The notes under the pieces were generated by a model. It ran no database searches and was not told where the DNA came from. It saw nothing but the letters and a program-made list of their open reading frames with translations. Positions 22,474-35,980 of a stretch of 64,000 nucleotides of DNA are shown here, piece by piece. The stretch comes from Anthoceros angustus (taxonomy: Eukaryota; Plantae; Anthocerotophyta): NCBI GenBank assembly GCA_010909165.1, contig MU008166.1:1426001-1490000 (forward strand), in the 5' to 3' direction. The position numbers and the translations under genes are program-made. Each line of letters starts with the position of its first letter. Positions within the stretch are counted from its first letter, which is position 1.

Positions 22474-25400
22474 TGTGGACTACGACTTCGGGGGTTAGAA
22501 ATTAGGTAGGGTTTTGTTTTTTGTGGGAGCGGATAAAATGAGGCGAAAAGGAGGAAATAAGCAAGTTAGCTCCTGACGACCGAGTATACTGACCGAGTGA
22601 GGAACGAGACCTAATGGCAAGGACGGATAAGACCGACCCACCTGTGACCGTGCAGATAAGTACGCCAGGAAAGTAACTTAGAAGTTGGAGCGCAAGGACG
22701 ACCGGGCGACGCCACGTGACGACCGAGTGGAGGACGGCATGCAATGGTCAGACCGTGAATGCTGTGAGGCCGTTATAGCAGTATTCACGCCCGCGCGCGC
22801 GGCGAGGGGCCGCAGTACGCGCGAGTAAGAGTACGCGGCCAGAGCGCAGGAAGCGCACTGGCGCTACGGACAGGAAGAGGCGCCCGCCCCGCGCCTCCCA
22901 AGGCGTGGTCGCAAGAAGGTCATTCGGCAGCCTCGAGACACTCGCGATCTCGCGCCCGCAACCGCCTCGCGTATCGTGGACACTGACGCTCGCGCGGCTC
23001 ACCGCTGAGGTCGAGAAGCGAACGCGCAAGAGGCTCAATGCTGCCAGCCTCGGCTGCAAGCGACAAGAACCAAGGGAGAAGAAGGCGATGGCACCCAAAA
23101 GCATGGAAGTTTGGGAGCCATGGAACCTTGTGGAGCGCAACATTGTGACCCGCGCTATCCGGACTTTGGGCCTCGCCCAGTGAAGGGGAGAATTGGTGCA
23201 GGAGTGGCATTTGGATGTGTTCCAAATGGTCCGACATTTGACAAGGTCACCGTCCGGAGTTTGCCCAAGATGTCAAGGGCGGCGGTCAACAAGGAGGTGC
23301 GGTCCAAGAACCTCCGAGAGGACCCAAGGCGATGGACCTTGAGGTCCCAAGGCGGCCTACAACCCCCAAGGAGGAAGAGGGGAGGGTGCCGAGCCCTCAA
23401 GGCGAAGGGGAAGATAGGTCCACATGCCAGCCGGCGTTAAGGCTCGACGCAACGACCACCAACGTTGGTCGATATCCGACCTGCTGGATGCCGAGTGGGC
23501 CCGATCATCGCCCATCGAACCTACTCACCAAGGTGGATCACCTTGGTGATAATCTATTGGTGTTCACGCAGCTGGGGAAGAGGGCGACTGGGGAGGATTA
23601 TCTTCGCCTGCTTAGCTGTGAAGCTGGGGAGCGAGAAGCCTCGCCATCTGGGCCGCCCCATACCGATCCATGTATGGGGCATTTCAACTCCTCAAGGAGA
23701 GCTTGAGCGAGCGCCCGGAAGGACTGAGGCCCCGCCGGAGCAAGGGCGCCGAGGGAGGAGGCCGGCCGAAAACCAAACGGACTGGAGGAGGACGATCGAG
23801 GATTCTGACTCCATACGCCTGAACGGACCCCTCACCACCTGTGGAAGTATGGGAAGCACCCCGCCTCCTTCCGTGCCCCAACCGTAATGCCACCCAAGCA
23901 GCCTGACCCCACCGCCATCACTCCGAGGAGCCCCACGACTGTGAGAGAGCCAAGAAACGCAAGACCACGGCCACAACGCGACCCCCGGGGCCAAGATTTC
24001 CCCGCCGACGAGTGGCAAGAAGTGAGGAAGTGAAGGAGGGCGTAAAGGGACGCGCCTGTGAGTGGAGGACACCGCGCACGATCCAGAGCCGGTCCGCCGG
24101 CTGTGAAGGGGCAAAGGGCGTGCTCCCTGACTCCATCACCTCCGCCGAGCCCTGTGGAGGAAAAGGGCGAGAAGGAGCTCGCGCCAAAAGGGCCAAGGAG
24201 GGGAAGCCCGAGCAAAGACTCGTGACCTAAGGGTCCCGATTGTCCGAGAACCCACCGACTTGCTCCGATCTGGGTATGGAGGTCCTTGACGTGAGATGCC
24301 GCCCGCCACGGACTTTGTGGGAGCCTCACTCAGCAGGCCGTGGAGGAAACACGGCGGTCCTGCCACTGCCATGGACGGTATGCCTGGGGTCTCAAGGGAT
24401 GGCCGAGAAGGCCTGTGGAGGTGAAGCCACCCGAGGCGATGGTGCTCCTCCGTGAGCAGCTGGAGGGAGCCTGTGAGGCGAGAAGGAAGGCCAAGCTCTC
24501 GGATTGAGGAAGGAAAACGCCGGAGGCGGAGAGGGAGGTCCGTCCATCCGCAAGGACCGGACAAATTCCTTCACCGAGGAATGGCGGTGCCAAGGAGGCC
24601 AAGCCGGCGGAGGACCTCGCAGCAGGGGCGAGCGCAGCAGGAGGACGCCCGAAGCGAACGGGCGCGGATCTCGCGAGGCTGACCGACCAGAGCCGGAGAG
24701 GCTCAGTGAAGGTGGCCAAGGAGGCGAGGCCAGGGCCGATCGCGATCACTCCGGATCGAACCGGTGGAGAGAGGCCGAGAGCCGCCAACTGGCCCGAGCA
24801 AGTGGTCATGAGCAAGCACGGCCGAGCCGTGAGGAGGCGCTGGAGGCCAGCACCCGGGAGATTGGGGACCCTGTGGCAGGAGGTAGAAGGGCGGCAGGAG
24901 TCGGAGGACAACAAGGACACTTTGGAGTTGCAACCCAAGATGCACGGAGCAGCAGGGGTTCTCAACGAGAGAATCCAAGACTTCGAGCGAGAGGTGGAAC
25001 GCCCAGCCCGCTTGAAGACGGAGAACAAAGGCGGCAAGGAGTTCGACGCCGCCGTTGCAGGACGTGGCGGAAGCCGTGAGCCTGACGGGATACCGCCCGC
25101 CCGGAGAAGGAAGTGGAGGACCTCCGGAAAGAATAGAAGAAGGAGGAAGGCACTGGAGGAAAAGGTGCCGCTCTCGGCCAGGAAGGTGGGGGAGCTCACC
25201 CATGGCCCGCAAAATCAAGTGAGTCAACAACGACGGAGGAGGAGAACGCCGAAGCAGCCAAGGTTGCAAGAGGTAATCTGAGGCAGCCTTGACGGCCTCA
25301 AGGGAGTCCGCGCCACATACCGGCTTGGCCACGAGACAAAGCCAAGAAAGTGGGCGATCCGCCCACGAGCACCTGAGGAGGGAGTACCGGTGCCCGGCTC

Positions 25401-26883
25401 ATGTGGAGGAGGCGATTCAAGTCGATTCCGACCGCCTACTACCACGCAGCCCCTCAAGGCTCGAGGTCCCGCGCCACCCCAGGCAGGAGGTGGACTCCAA
25501 GGGATCAAGGAGGAGCGAGGAGGACGGACCCGGGACAAGACAACCGCGGAGTCCTAGGAGCGCTGCTTGACGACGGAAGCAGCAGGCGGGGAGAGCAGGA
25601 GGAACCGGAGGAGGAAGGGCGCCACACCGAGGTAAGTAAGACCTCGCATGGAAGGACGAGGGAGGATCTTGAAGGAAGGGCAACCGGGCATTCGGGAACC
25701 AAGGGAGGGCTGGATGAACCCGTGAGCCCGGGCGAGGAGGCATGCCCAGAGGAGGTCCTGACTTTGTCCTGACTGAGGAAAGGCCGGATCCCGAGGTCCG
25801 CCTCAAGGAAGTCCGACTTAGGGATCCAGACTCAGTGACGAGTCCGGCCCCCGAGGTCCGGACCCTGTGGAAGGGTTGGGTCCAAGACCGACCTCAGAGG
25901 CAAGTCCGGCCCCCGAGGACCGACTCAAAGAAGGCCGGCCCAGTGAGACCGGACCAGGGAAGACTGACCCAGAGGTCCTGACCGAGTCGAGACAGGGTCC
26001 CGAGGTCCAAACTCGGGAGTGGGGAGAGCCACCACCACCAACCCCAGCAGATCCAACTTGAGGGCCCATGCAGGGCCCGCCAGAGAGAAGAGGGAGGACG
26101 AGAGACTTGGTGATCGCTGTCGCCGCCACGGCGCAGGCTGCACCCTGGAAGAGGAAGGGGTCCACCGCGATCATCCGATTGCGCGCACTGGCTGTGGCTC
26201 GCTTTGGGGTGCCAAGAAGGAATCAGGGCTATCCCACCACCACCGACGGCGATAGGAATAGGCAGGTAGTAGGCGGTCGTTAGGTACACCGAAATGGGCC
26301 CTCACAGTAATAAAGGCGCCGACCTTCGGCGAGTATAAGAGGGCCAAGGCCTCAATAAATCATCTTCTTGGTGTTGATGCCGCTCTGCACCTTGTGTCTT
26401 CTTCTAACGTGAGTCCCGAGTCACCGGCAGGCACCGGGAGATTGATCGTGGTCCCGTGACGACCCAACGTTGTGTGGTGTGTGGAAGGGTGATCGGTGAC
26501 CCGTCTCGAGCGCCCAAAGACCGAACGGACCGAACGGGTGAGCCGAGGAACTCCGGAGGGCGGCAGAGCCTGGACGAGAGGCCCCATGAACGAGGAGGTC
26601 CTGACTGTAACCCAAGGCCTTTTCTAAGATGAGTGTAGCGTGAGGGGAGAGAGGAAAGGACTGTGTGAGTGACGACGTGAACGATACGAACGGTCTCTAA
26701 ACGCTTGGCTACACGGCCCGTGACGGTGAACGCCAGAGAAGTTAGGTGTGTGTGAGGCGAACGAGTATGCGGTAGGAATCACCAAACGCGTAAACGGAGC
26801 CTATCATTCCTTTGGGAACGGACTTCTTCCTACAACGACACGTGATTGTGGCGCCTACCGCCATCAGCCGAAAAGTCGCGCCA
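22474..26883 (+). repeat. 3' LTR of the gypsy element, ~4.4 kb
   Basis: Starts TGTGGACTAC right after the PPT and ends AAAGTCGCGCCA. Homologous to the 5' LTR along its length. Confidence 0.88.
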
Positions 26884-26899
26884 TGTGGAGACAACGGGT

Positions 26900-27800
26900 G
26901 GCTATGGCAAGATCCTGAGGTGAGGATGGTGGCCAGGAGAGCACTTTGAGAGTTGAGAACTCGCAATTGGTCTTAAGGAATGGGCCGGGAGTGTTTGCTA
27001 GTACTTGGAGGCCTCCCGAAATAAACTTTGTGAGTTTTAAGCTCGTTGAATTGCAAAAAGGAATAAAGCACTAATTAAAATTTGAATACAAAATTGTCTT
27101 TTAAGTACTTCATGTGAGTAGGTGTGACTCATTCACCACTAACCAAGATATTAAATAACTAACAATAACCGTAGGTTAATAAGAACTGCTCACATTCTAA
27201 CACTCCCACTTAACCCTGAGTAGGTAATTATTTATTCACCACTCCAAGAGACCATAGTAAATAATGGTAAATACGGGAAATCGCATTGAATGAGGCAGGC
27301 GCCTGCAGCCGACTCGACAGAAGTGGTGCTGAGCCGAGAATGCCCAAACCGGAATGAACACCCAAAACCAACAAAACCAAAACCAACTTCATTTTCCTGA
27401 AATGGGGTTGATTTTACCAAAACCCTTTGATAGAAGAAACCCTTCTACACCGTATCATATAAGTCTCGCTCTCTTGATGAGACCACAATCTTCCCATAGG
27501 GAGTAGTCATGTTGTTCTCGGGACGTGATTCAGTCAACTTCTTCTATTAACCAATGTCCTTCACGCACTATCTGTGGAGCTTACTTTACGACCCCCACCA
27601 AAGTGCACCACCCCTGCAGTTGTAGTATGGGGTCCGTCTCAAGGGAATGACTATCCCACCTGCAGATTTTCCTACCGCCTTCGTGACTCTCCGTCACGGC
27701 TGGCGTTACTTACCATGATGCCCACCAGACATCGCCACCACGTGCCTCCTCGCAAGTGACTCTAGTTAACCTCACGACTTACCACGCCTCATCGTTCAGA
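26900..27800 (-). mobile_element. Probable LTR-retrotransposon 3' end remnant
   Basis: On the minus strand, PPT-like AGTGGGAG (27210-27203) is followed directly by TGTTAGAA (from 27202). The rest is too degraded to assign. Confidence 0.35.
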
Positions 27801-28559
27801 CAGCCCGGGTATGGCCAAACGCTTAAGGACCCGTGCTCATCCCAAAAGTTTCCTCCTCCCTCTCCCTTGGCTCCTTCACTCCTTTCGTCCCTCGGCCCAC
27901 ACCTAAGGGTGCCTAGTTGAAAGGCGGTCCTGCTGTGCAGGTGGGTTGCAGCACTCACCTGCTCTCCACGCCGCCCGCCTGTGCACTTCCACACGCCTTC
28001 CTGAGTCTCAAGCAATCGCACGTCCGGCCCGGCCCGGCCGGCCGCCGAGTTCCCGCCTCGAAGAGCAGGGTCCCGGGAAGTTCCTTCTACACCGTGCACT
28101 CACCACCACGCTGCTAGGGTTCGGGCCACGTAACTCGACGTAGTCTCTCTCCGAGTAGTCCGCCCGCCGATGACTTCCTGTGGGACTCGCGCTAGCAATG
28201 GACACACAAAGAACAAGATATCATCGCCGGCGTCAATATACAAAGCCGCTCAAAAACCAACTGGAAAACATGGTAATCAATCGAATTCCACGATTTCGCT
28301 TAATTTTCTTGGTGATGGTTCATTCTCTCCTTCCCAGATCGCCTACTTTTCACATCAAGTGCACATATGGTCGTAGTATGCCCGAAAGGCTCTCAATGGT
28401 CTTCCGCACCGATATCTGCAGCCGCTTGTCCAATCGATTTCACACCTACTTGGAAAGCAACATAGCACTAAAAGCAATAAAAGATTAAAGGAATATGGCG
28501 CCGCATGCGGCTGTAAAAGGTTTCTAAGCTGGACACGCAACAAACGTAAATTTCCAATA

Positions 28560-31500
28560 ACCTAACTACCAAAATCTTCGCCAGCAACTTGAGTCTCGGG
28601 TGGGCATTGCCCAGATACGCTATCGAACACAACATCGACGTTTCTAAGGAGGGCGTTGTCGGGGTCCTCGAAGTTGTCGTTCTCCTGCATGGCATTCTCC
28701 ACATCCAAGAGACGAGGAGGACTGCTTTCGGTGTTGTAGTCTGATGGCACACTGCTCGAGTTCTCCGCCGTCATCAACGATTTGCCCGTTTTCTCTTTCA
28801 TCTGTTGAACCCCAAACGACCTGTGCATGAAAGTGACCCTTCTCGGACAAGCTTAATTCCTTTGCCTGCACTGAGCAGGTCCTGCCGGTGTGGCTCATGA
28901 TTCAATTCCTCCTCTGGAAGTACCTCATATCCATGTATCCTTTGGGGAATGAATTCGCATCGTTTGTCCAAGTCCACGGCGATGCAATTGCGGATTGCTA
29001 TAGGGTCGTCGTCCCGCTTCTGCACACGCATCTAATATCCAATCTCCTTCTTTGGAGAAGTTGTTGATCATCTTCGCATCAACCCTAATGGCCTCGATAA
29101 GCACATACCACGAGCTTGTCCAATGACATATAAAGAAGCTTCTTGGCAGGTGTTGTGCCCAATGATGACCATTATTGAGCGAGCCAAGGGCGGTGTTAGG
29201 TAACATTGAAACCTTGTTCTTCTTGCGTAGTTACCCCCACCCTACCGTGATGTACTCGACGGTATCATATCCACCTTGATCATTATGCATGTTAGTTTTG
29301 TCCCATACGAAGGAGACCATTCCTCCACGTGCACCAGCATAGCCTCCCTCACGGTGTGCGCTCCTCCACCCCATGCATAACTATCATGCGGATTTCCTCA
29401 CAACTCGTCATGTCATGGAAAGAGTGAAACATCATGCCCATCCGTGTTTGGTCCATCTTTACATCATGCTTTCCTTGTTGAATCCACAGGCACATCCATA
29501 ACCAATAAAGTGTAATTCCTCTTAGAAAACCCTCGGATGTCCAACACATCTCTCGCTACCACTTGGTATTTCACGATACACCCGTGGTTGGAACAGTGAA
29601 CGATCGCAGCCTTCTTCCATGTCCATGTCCGCTAGGGTCCTTTGTCTGCTCTCCACCTTCCATGTGTGCACTTCCAAGATGAAAGCCCGGAAGTCCTCCG
29701 TAGTTTTTTCAAATCGCACATCTTTCACTTGCCACCCGTCAGGTAAAACAGTGAAGTGACAATAGAAGGCGCATGCCGCTTTTCCCCACCCTACCGTTGT
29801 TACAACCAAACGAAGGAAATGAGAGCTGCATGCCGTCCCCACTCCAATGAGTCTTAAAACAAATGACGTACCTTTCCATCGAACGCTTGTTTTGCAATAA
29901 CATCATCCAAGAGTGCATTGGGTATCGCCTAACCATCTCAAGGAGTCACATCCTAAGTGTTTCGCCATCGCCACTTGGATGACATGAAGTTTCTTCCGCA
30001 GATCACCTCCTTGGACATACCATTCAGGTCTAGTAAACTCACAAAACCTTTTCTCACACTAATCAGATTTTCATTCGCCTCTGGTGGAATTCCTTGAAAG
30101 CGCCATGGTTTCCTTGCATCTCTTTGGGCTTAACAAAACGCTTCCACGCCTTCACCTCTTCTCCAACTTTGCGTTTGCCTTGCTCTTCTTGCTAGTACTG
30201 CTGCAACATGTTTGGCCCGCCTGAAGTTCCATCGCCTCCCACTTGGTGAAGATATCGCCCACGCTTTTCCCACACCTTTCCGCTTTGCTATGCATAGTAT
30301 ATGTGTCCGGTTGTCCACTTTGTTTTGCTTGTATTGCTCATCTTCCCGACCTTCGTCATCCTCTACCCCAAGCACCTTGTATAAATTGAACTTCCAGTTC
30401 ATGCTCATTGTCACACACCATCCCGCTTTGCAATCAAGTTCATCCACAGGTATCTCGACCGCTCGATAAAGTTCATCTTTTTCCTCTTGTCCGACATTGT
30501 GTTGTGGTCGGTTGCGATCTGATCTCCTGTAGAGTTAGCCCGACATGGGCCTCCATCCATTGGAACCTTGCCTTCCCGGTGATATATCCGCAGGCGCTTC
30601 ATGGCGGCGTAAGTATGATGCCTCCCAAGACCCCATAATATACTTCTTTGCGGAACTTTTCCGCCTAATGTTTTGATATCCCGCAATCGATGGGTCAATC
30701 ATACAAAGCAAAGGCAGCACACCTTCTTCAATACGACCTTCGAGATGACGCGAGCGTAGTTCGCCCAAGCCTCATCCACTTGAACCCGAGCATCGGAGTT
30801 AGAAACGAAGCGCCTCAAATTCTCCGACTTACGAGTCTGCTTCGCACCACCTTCTTCGCATATGCGACTCGACCAAATAATCCTCATGCATCATAGACGC
30901 TTCGGTCTTTCTCCATCTGTTGAGACATGCAATGTTGGAATCTCATTGTTGCGCTTTGGACGTCAACTTTTTCCCCGCTTGCCTTATCGAACGCTCCGCA
31001 CTCCGGACCGCTGTGCCCACCACCTTCCTCCATCATGGCTGCCTCATGGCCCCCGACGCTCCCAACCGCAGCCCTGAGTTTCCTCCTGGGAGGCCGGCAT
31101 GCCGGGCCGCTCATCCTCCTCTCAGGGCGGCATGCCGGCGCCCCGCCTCCGCATCAGCATGCGGGCGCATGCCCCTCTTCCTCCTCACCATAGTCGAGGC
31201 GCCGGCATGCCGCCCCCGGCCGCCCTCTTCCATGTAGCAGGGACTCCTCCCATGGTGCTTGGATGGCGACGACCTTGGAAGGAATGTAGGCAGCTGCGAA
31301 ACCTCCCTCCATCACCTCCTCCATCATCCTCTTCAAATGCCTCCGCATCCGAATGACCCAGAACTCCGGAATAGGCCCATCCTCCTCATCAAGGTCCGAA
31401 CTCCTCATTGTCTTCTACTTCGGTTTGAAGTCCTGTCTTGTCCTCCTCGACATCTCGTCGATGACGGATAATGGAGCTCGTAATCACCTCACACAAGCAC

Positions 31501-32280
31501 TGTAAATGTTCTCTCACCATCATCAGAAGCACACCGTTAGTCGCATCAATGCAATCAACCGGTGGCGAATGCTCGGAATTAAGAAGTGTACTCACATTCT
31601 CGCTCAACTCGAAAAGTGCCGGACAACTCCTTTGGCTCACATTTCTTCTGTGCAAACATGCCACTTTCAACAGACACAGTGTAATCATCTCGACGATGCG
31701 GCAATGCGTCCACTATAAGGCCTTGAAGTGCAAAGAATCCAGCCTGGGTCTCGCCCTCCATCCAAAGTTGCCCAGGACCCATCCCGCCTTGCTCTCGGTT
31801 TGCGTGCACCGTTGAACCCAAAACCCAAAGCGATCGGCGTCCATAGCGCTTCATCCGGCTCCGTTTGTGTCAACAACCATTCGCAGCAAGCATAGTGTCC
31901 TCAAGCTGGTTCATGTGCCTCCGCAGCATGCCTCCTCATACGAGTATGGGAGGGAATTGGATCTGGATTTCCCACCCTCAATCCTTTGGACAAGCGGACT
32001 TTCTCACCACCAACCGTCTTTGTGGTGCTTGCCTTGAATTGAGTGACCCACTTTGTCTCCCCCTTCCTGCTCCTCCACCTTGCTCAATTGGTTGGAAAGC
32101 ATGTCCACCCGAGGAGATCGATCCGCGTGGAGGATCCGTGGTTCTCGATTTCGCCTCCTTCTTGCTTTTAGATTTCTTCCGCCTCGGCTTCCAACAAGTC
32201 TCCGTGGTTAGGCCTCGCATCGGGAGGTCCTTCATCTGCGCGTCGCCGCCATCGTCTGTAGCACCAAAGATAGGCATCAA
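28560..32280 (-). pseudogene. Frameshifted gene with a ParB/Srx-like domain (~30800-30450) and a C-terminal beta-class N4/N6 DNA methyltransferase domain (~29530-28930)
   Basis: Joining frames gives the ParB-like EVYYGVLGG(N)HTYAAMKRL...IATDHN. The MTase part gives motif IV YTLLVMDVP(Y)GF (~29500), FVWDKTN...VEYITVG, and PLGLMR.MINNFSKEGDWILDACA(G)SGTT...RNCIAVDLDKR.CEFI. Catalytic motif before SAM-binding motif is the beta order. Residues in brackets are restored across indels, and boundaries are approximate. Confidence 0.72.
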
Positions 32281-34679
32281 ACACGCTCAATCCGGATTAG
32301 GCAAGCACCAATTCTATTTGACAAGGAATTTCTCACTGGCCCGTCCTCGGAAAGGATGGAGAGCTGGGCGAGGGTCGCCGACGGCAAATTGTTGGGAAAA
32401 CCACGGCCTCGCTTGAATCGCAGACGCTCCGCGTTGGAAGAGCTCGCACGCTACCGCTTGCGCTCGGGTAGAAGAAGGACTCACCGTTCGGGTTTATGGA
32501 GTGGCAGAAATTTTCGCGCCACGAACAACGCTACCGTAACGAGGTCCGAGTTATTGTCCTTATCAGCTATGTATGGAGGAACAAGGACTGGAATATGTGG
32601 TCTGTGCGTTTCGATGTTCTTGTAACCCATACCCAACATACAGTTCCACACACCCGCGCGTTCACGATGTCCTTCGCACTATCGATTGCACATCAGTTTG
32701 CAAGGTAGTGTGACTCAACTACGTGTTTGTTTATGTACGCTGCATGCGGGCAAGCCCAATATGCAATTGGGTAAGTAAGAAAGCGTTTTCATACGTTCCA
32801 GGATACCCTTTTTTCCAGCCGCTATTGATGGCTACCGCCGTTCATTTTAACTCTATGGTAGCGGCATATGCTAAGCATAGTAGCATAATAGCCCCCCTCC
32901 ATTACTTGAAATCTATTTAGGATTTGGCAATCAAGTGATTTGTCTCTCCACGGCTTCCCGCCTCTGCGGTCAAGTCATGTACCACACACCACCACCTTTT
33001 ATCACACTTGTCGCGTAGCCGTCGTAACCTTGAGCTACGAGTCCAACACAATGCTCCACACACTCAAGACGCGATGTGGGTTTCCGTGTTATGTGCCCTT
33101 TCATTCCTTGACCGATACCAACGATTGCTATGTCATTGACAAAATGTAGATGTGCGGTGGTCAAGAAGCGGACGAAGATTTCGGCAAAATCAAGATGTTC
33201 CCCAAAGAGTACGATCCCGTAAGAGTGAAAGGCAAGCGCTGGCCCTCCGTCTCGCCAGTCAAATGCAAAGTCCTTGCCACTCTCCGCCACAAAGTATGTA
33301 TTCTTTGGCCGATAGCTGAGTCGGAGTGTCGCCCCCCGTCATACTCATTGGCATAGGTTTGTGTTAGTGGCTCGATCCCGGGATGTGCGTGTTGCGGTCC
33401 GGGGTGGAGAAGAACTCACTCACGCCTCGTATGCCCAGCTATGTTCCCCGACTTCGTGAACACGAACCTCTACTCGCCATAGATAGAAGCTGGAAGGAGG
33501 AAAGTTGGTGTTGCGGGTGGAGCGAAGGGCCGAGGGATTGTTCACTACTATTTCCAGATCAAGATGCGGGACGCCAATGCAGATGAGGACAATGTCAGAC
33601 ACCCCAACCATTGAGAAGTTTGGACCGATCCGGCCGTCACTTTCCATCCAAGCCTTTGGCCGATACCTAGCAAATGATGGGCTTCCGTGTGCGGCGAGCG
33701 GTGTGTCTTTGAGGAAAAGTGAAGGCGATTCCGTGGGAGAGGATTTCAAAGCCTTGTTGCAACAAATTGTGCATCCGCAAGTTCACAAAAGAAGCTTTTC
33801 ATGAGCAACGGACAGTTTCGAGAATGGGCACGAGCAAGAGACATTTGCATCATGCGGCGATTTGCCACAACAAGGGAGGGTTTTCACTCACCTCATGGGT
33901 CGATTCCTATGCAATGTTGTTTGAAAGCCTTCCGACGTATCTTGCATAGGGTCCGCAAGGTACGAGGAGTTGAAGCGGAGGGTTATTAACGCACCATGGG
34001 ACGCTAATAAGGCCCCTCGTGTACAATCCTCCCATGCTTTGGCTGCAATTGCACGGATGGATGCGACTTTCCTTCACTTGGCCGAGCGACCGAATGTGGA
34101 GGTATACAATCTACGACACTTTCACGAAGCATGAGGTTTGGATACAATACAGAGTGGAATGGAGTCAAAAGGTGAACGCTTTGTGTCGTATGCATATTTC
34201 TATGGTCGAATTTCAAGCGGGTGAAGATACCCAAGTCAAGATTCTCGACTTGTTCCATATGCGGGCTGAAGTTCAACATACAGCACCGATGCCGGAGTTG
34301 ACCAAGGTAGGCCTCCTCCCTATTGTGGTGCCGTATGCATGGCATAAAAGCATGTGGAGTAATGGAGGAGTTAGCGCGGATGATGGGCAATCGCGGCATC
34401 TGCGGCGGGGCGCGGCGGTGATCCAGAGTCGCTGCGCGTGGGCGCCGACACGTGCTTTACGGCGAAGGTCGGAGCCTCCACCGCAGAGGCGAGCATGGCG
34501 GCACCATATTGTCTGTGGAGAAGGGTACGCATGGCGCCCGCGATGGGGTGGCATGCGCCGCGCCCTGCCGCCTGCTTTTGTGCGATGAGGGCTGGCGGGC
34601 CCCGCCGGTGAGCTGAAGGCGCAGCCGCGCCCCTCTTTGTGTGAGGGCATGGCGGCGCCTGCAAATTTGGGTTGGGCAT

Positions 34680-35980
34680 GCACATTAACTTCTGCAGAGT
34701 CGATTGTATGCAAATGTCACTATGCATTTGGACTGTGGAATAATAGGCAAGATGCGTATGTCCTAGTTTCGATCTCGTTTCAATGCACGACACTCGCCTT
34801 CTTCCCAAATAGCTCTTGTATGCAAAGTTATTGAATTTGGTGCCCACAAGTCGACAATGGTGTTCCATGACATACGCCTATGTATCAAGAGGCACTCAAC
34901 AAGCATCGGATACGATTGATGGAGGAACGGAAGTTGACGAAGCATCGGTCGAAGTCGCAAGGAGCCGCAAATATATGTTGTTATCTATCGACGCATGGAC
35001 AAAAACTTCCGCCGCATATTTTGCGGTGGCCAAAGGACTTGAAGGAGGATAGTCGGATCACGGTGCATGTTGTTGGATGCATGATACATAATTACACGTC
35101 AGAGCGGGCGTATCTCGCATTATGCCAATCTCGTGAATGATGCAAATTTAACAATAACTATTATCCAGACGTTATACACACGTATGAAGGATACTTCCCA
35201 AAGTCTTATACCGCACTGGACAATACATGCCGAGAGAACAAGAACCAGCTTCTATTTGCATTTGAACATGCTCGTTGAACTCGGACGTTCGAGAAGGTGA
35301 AGGTTGGATTCCTCCTCGTGGGGCATACGACGACCAAGTGGATCAAATGTTTTCATGTTTTCTAAGCATTTAAAACATAAGGAGGCGGACATTGCCAACT
35401 ATGGAGGACATATTGAAGTCCTCGTTCACGAATCCAGAGGTGAAAGTGTTGACAGGTGGCGACTTCGGACATACGTATGGCCATTACGTTAGTGAACCCG
35501 GAAGTATCCGCGGTTCGAAGTTGAACAACCTTTCATTTCAGCACCAGTTCAAAATCACCCGAGGACAAAGTTGGGCGGGAAAGGTTACCGTTATTCGTAG
35601 CAATACTCCACTTCCCCTTGTGGGAATCAAGATGGGCTCGAGTTCTTGACTTTTGTTCCGAGACATCGTCATCGGGCCCGCTCCTTTGATGGCATTGCGC
35701 GGGACAAGAAAGCTAGTGATGGTGGTTTGACCGCACGTGAAGGCGTGATCACTTGAAAAAGGATGAAGCTGCCAACATATTTGGCTGTGGAGGAAGAATG
35801 GTGGATGGATTGGAATGATCAACACGAAATCGCAAATATTGTGGATCATAACATTGGGCTTGTTACGCAAAACCCCGGAGATGGTACGATAGCACCAAGC
35901 CCGAGTCCCCTTTGCACATACCTAAGAAGTCGACGAGAGGCTCTTTGCGTGACATACCACAGGACATGTATCTAGGGGCC
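34680..35980 (+). mobile_element. Frameshifted DDE/D transposase, Sola/DUF7869-like
   Basis: Motifs KYMLLSID(G)MDK (~34975-35005), LDNTCRENKNQ (35216-35250) and FEKVKVGFLLVGHT(H)DQVDQMFS (35288-35355), typical of this transposase family. Terminal inverted repeats were not identified. Confidence 0.7.

Larger units (their letters stand above)
12717..26883 (+). mobile_element. Ty3/gypsy LTR retrotransposon (non-chromovirus-like), ~14.2 kb, with two ~4.4-kb LTRs and a heavily frameshifted gag-pol
   Basis: Direct repeats at 12717-17083 and 22474-26883. PBS TGGCGCCCGGG at 17087 and PPT GAGAAGGGGAG at 22461. Internal domain order is PR-RT-RH-INT. No clean TSD found. Confidence 0.9.
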
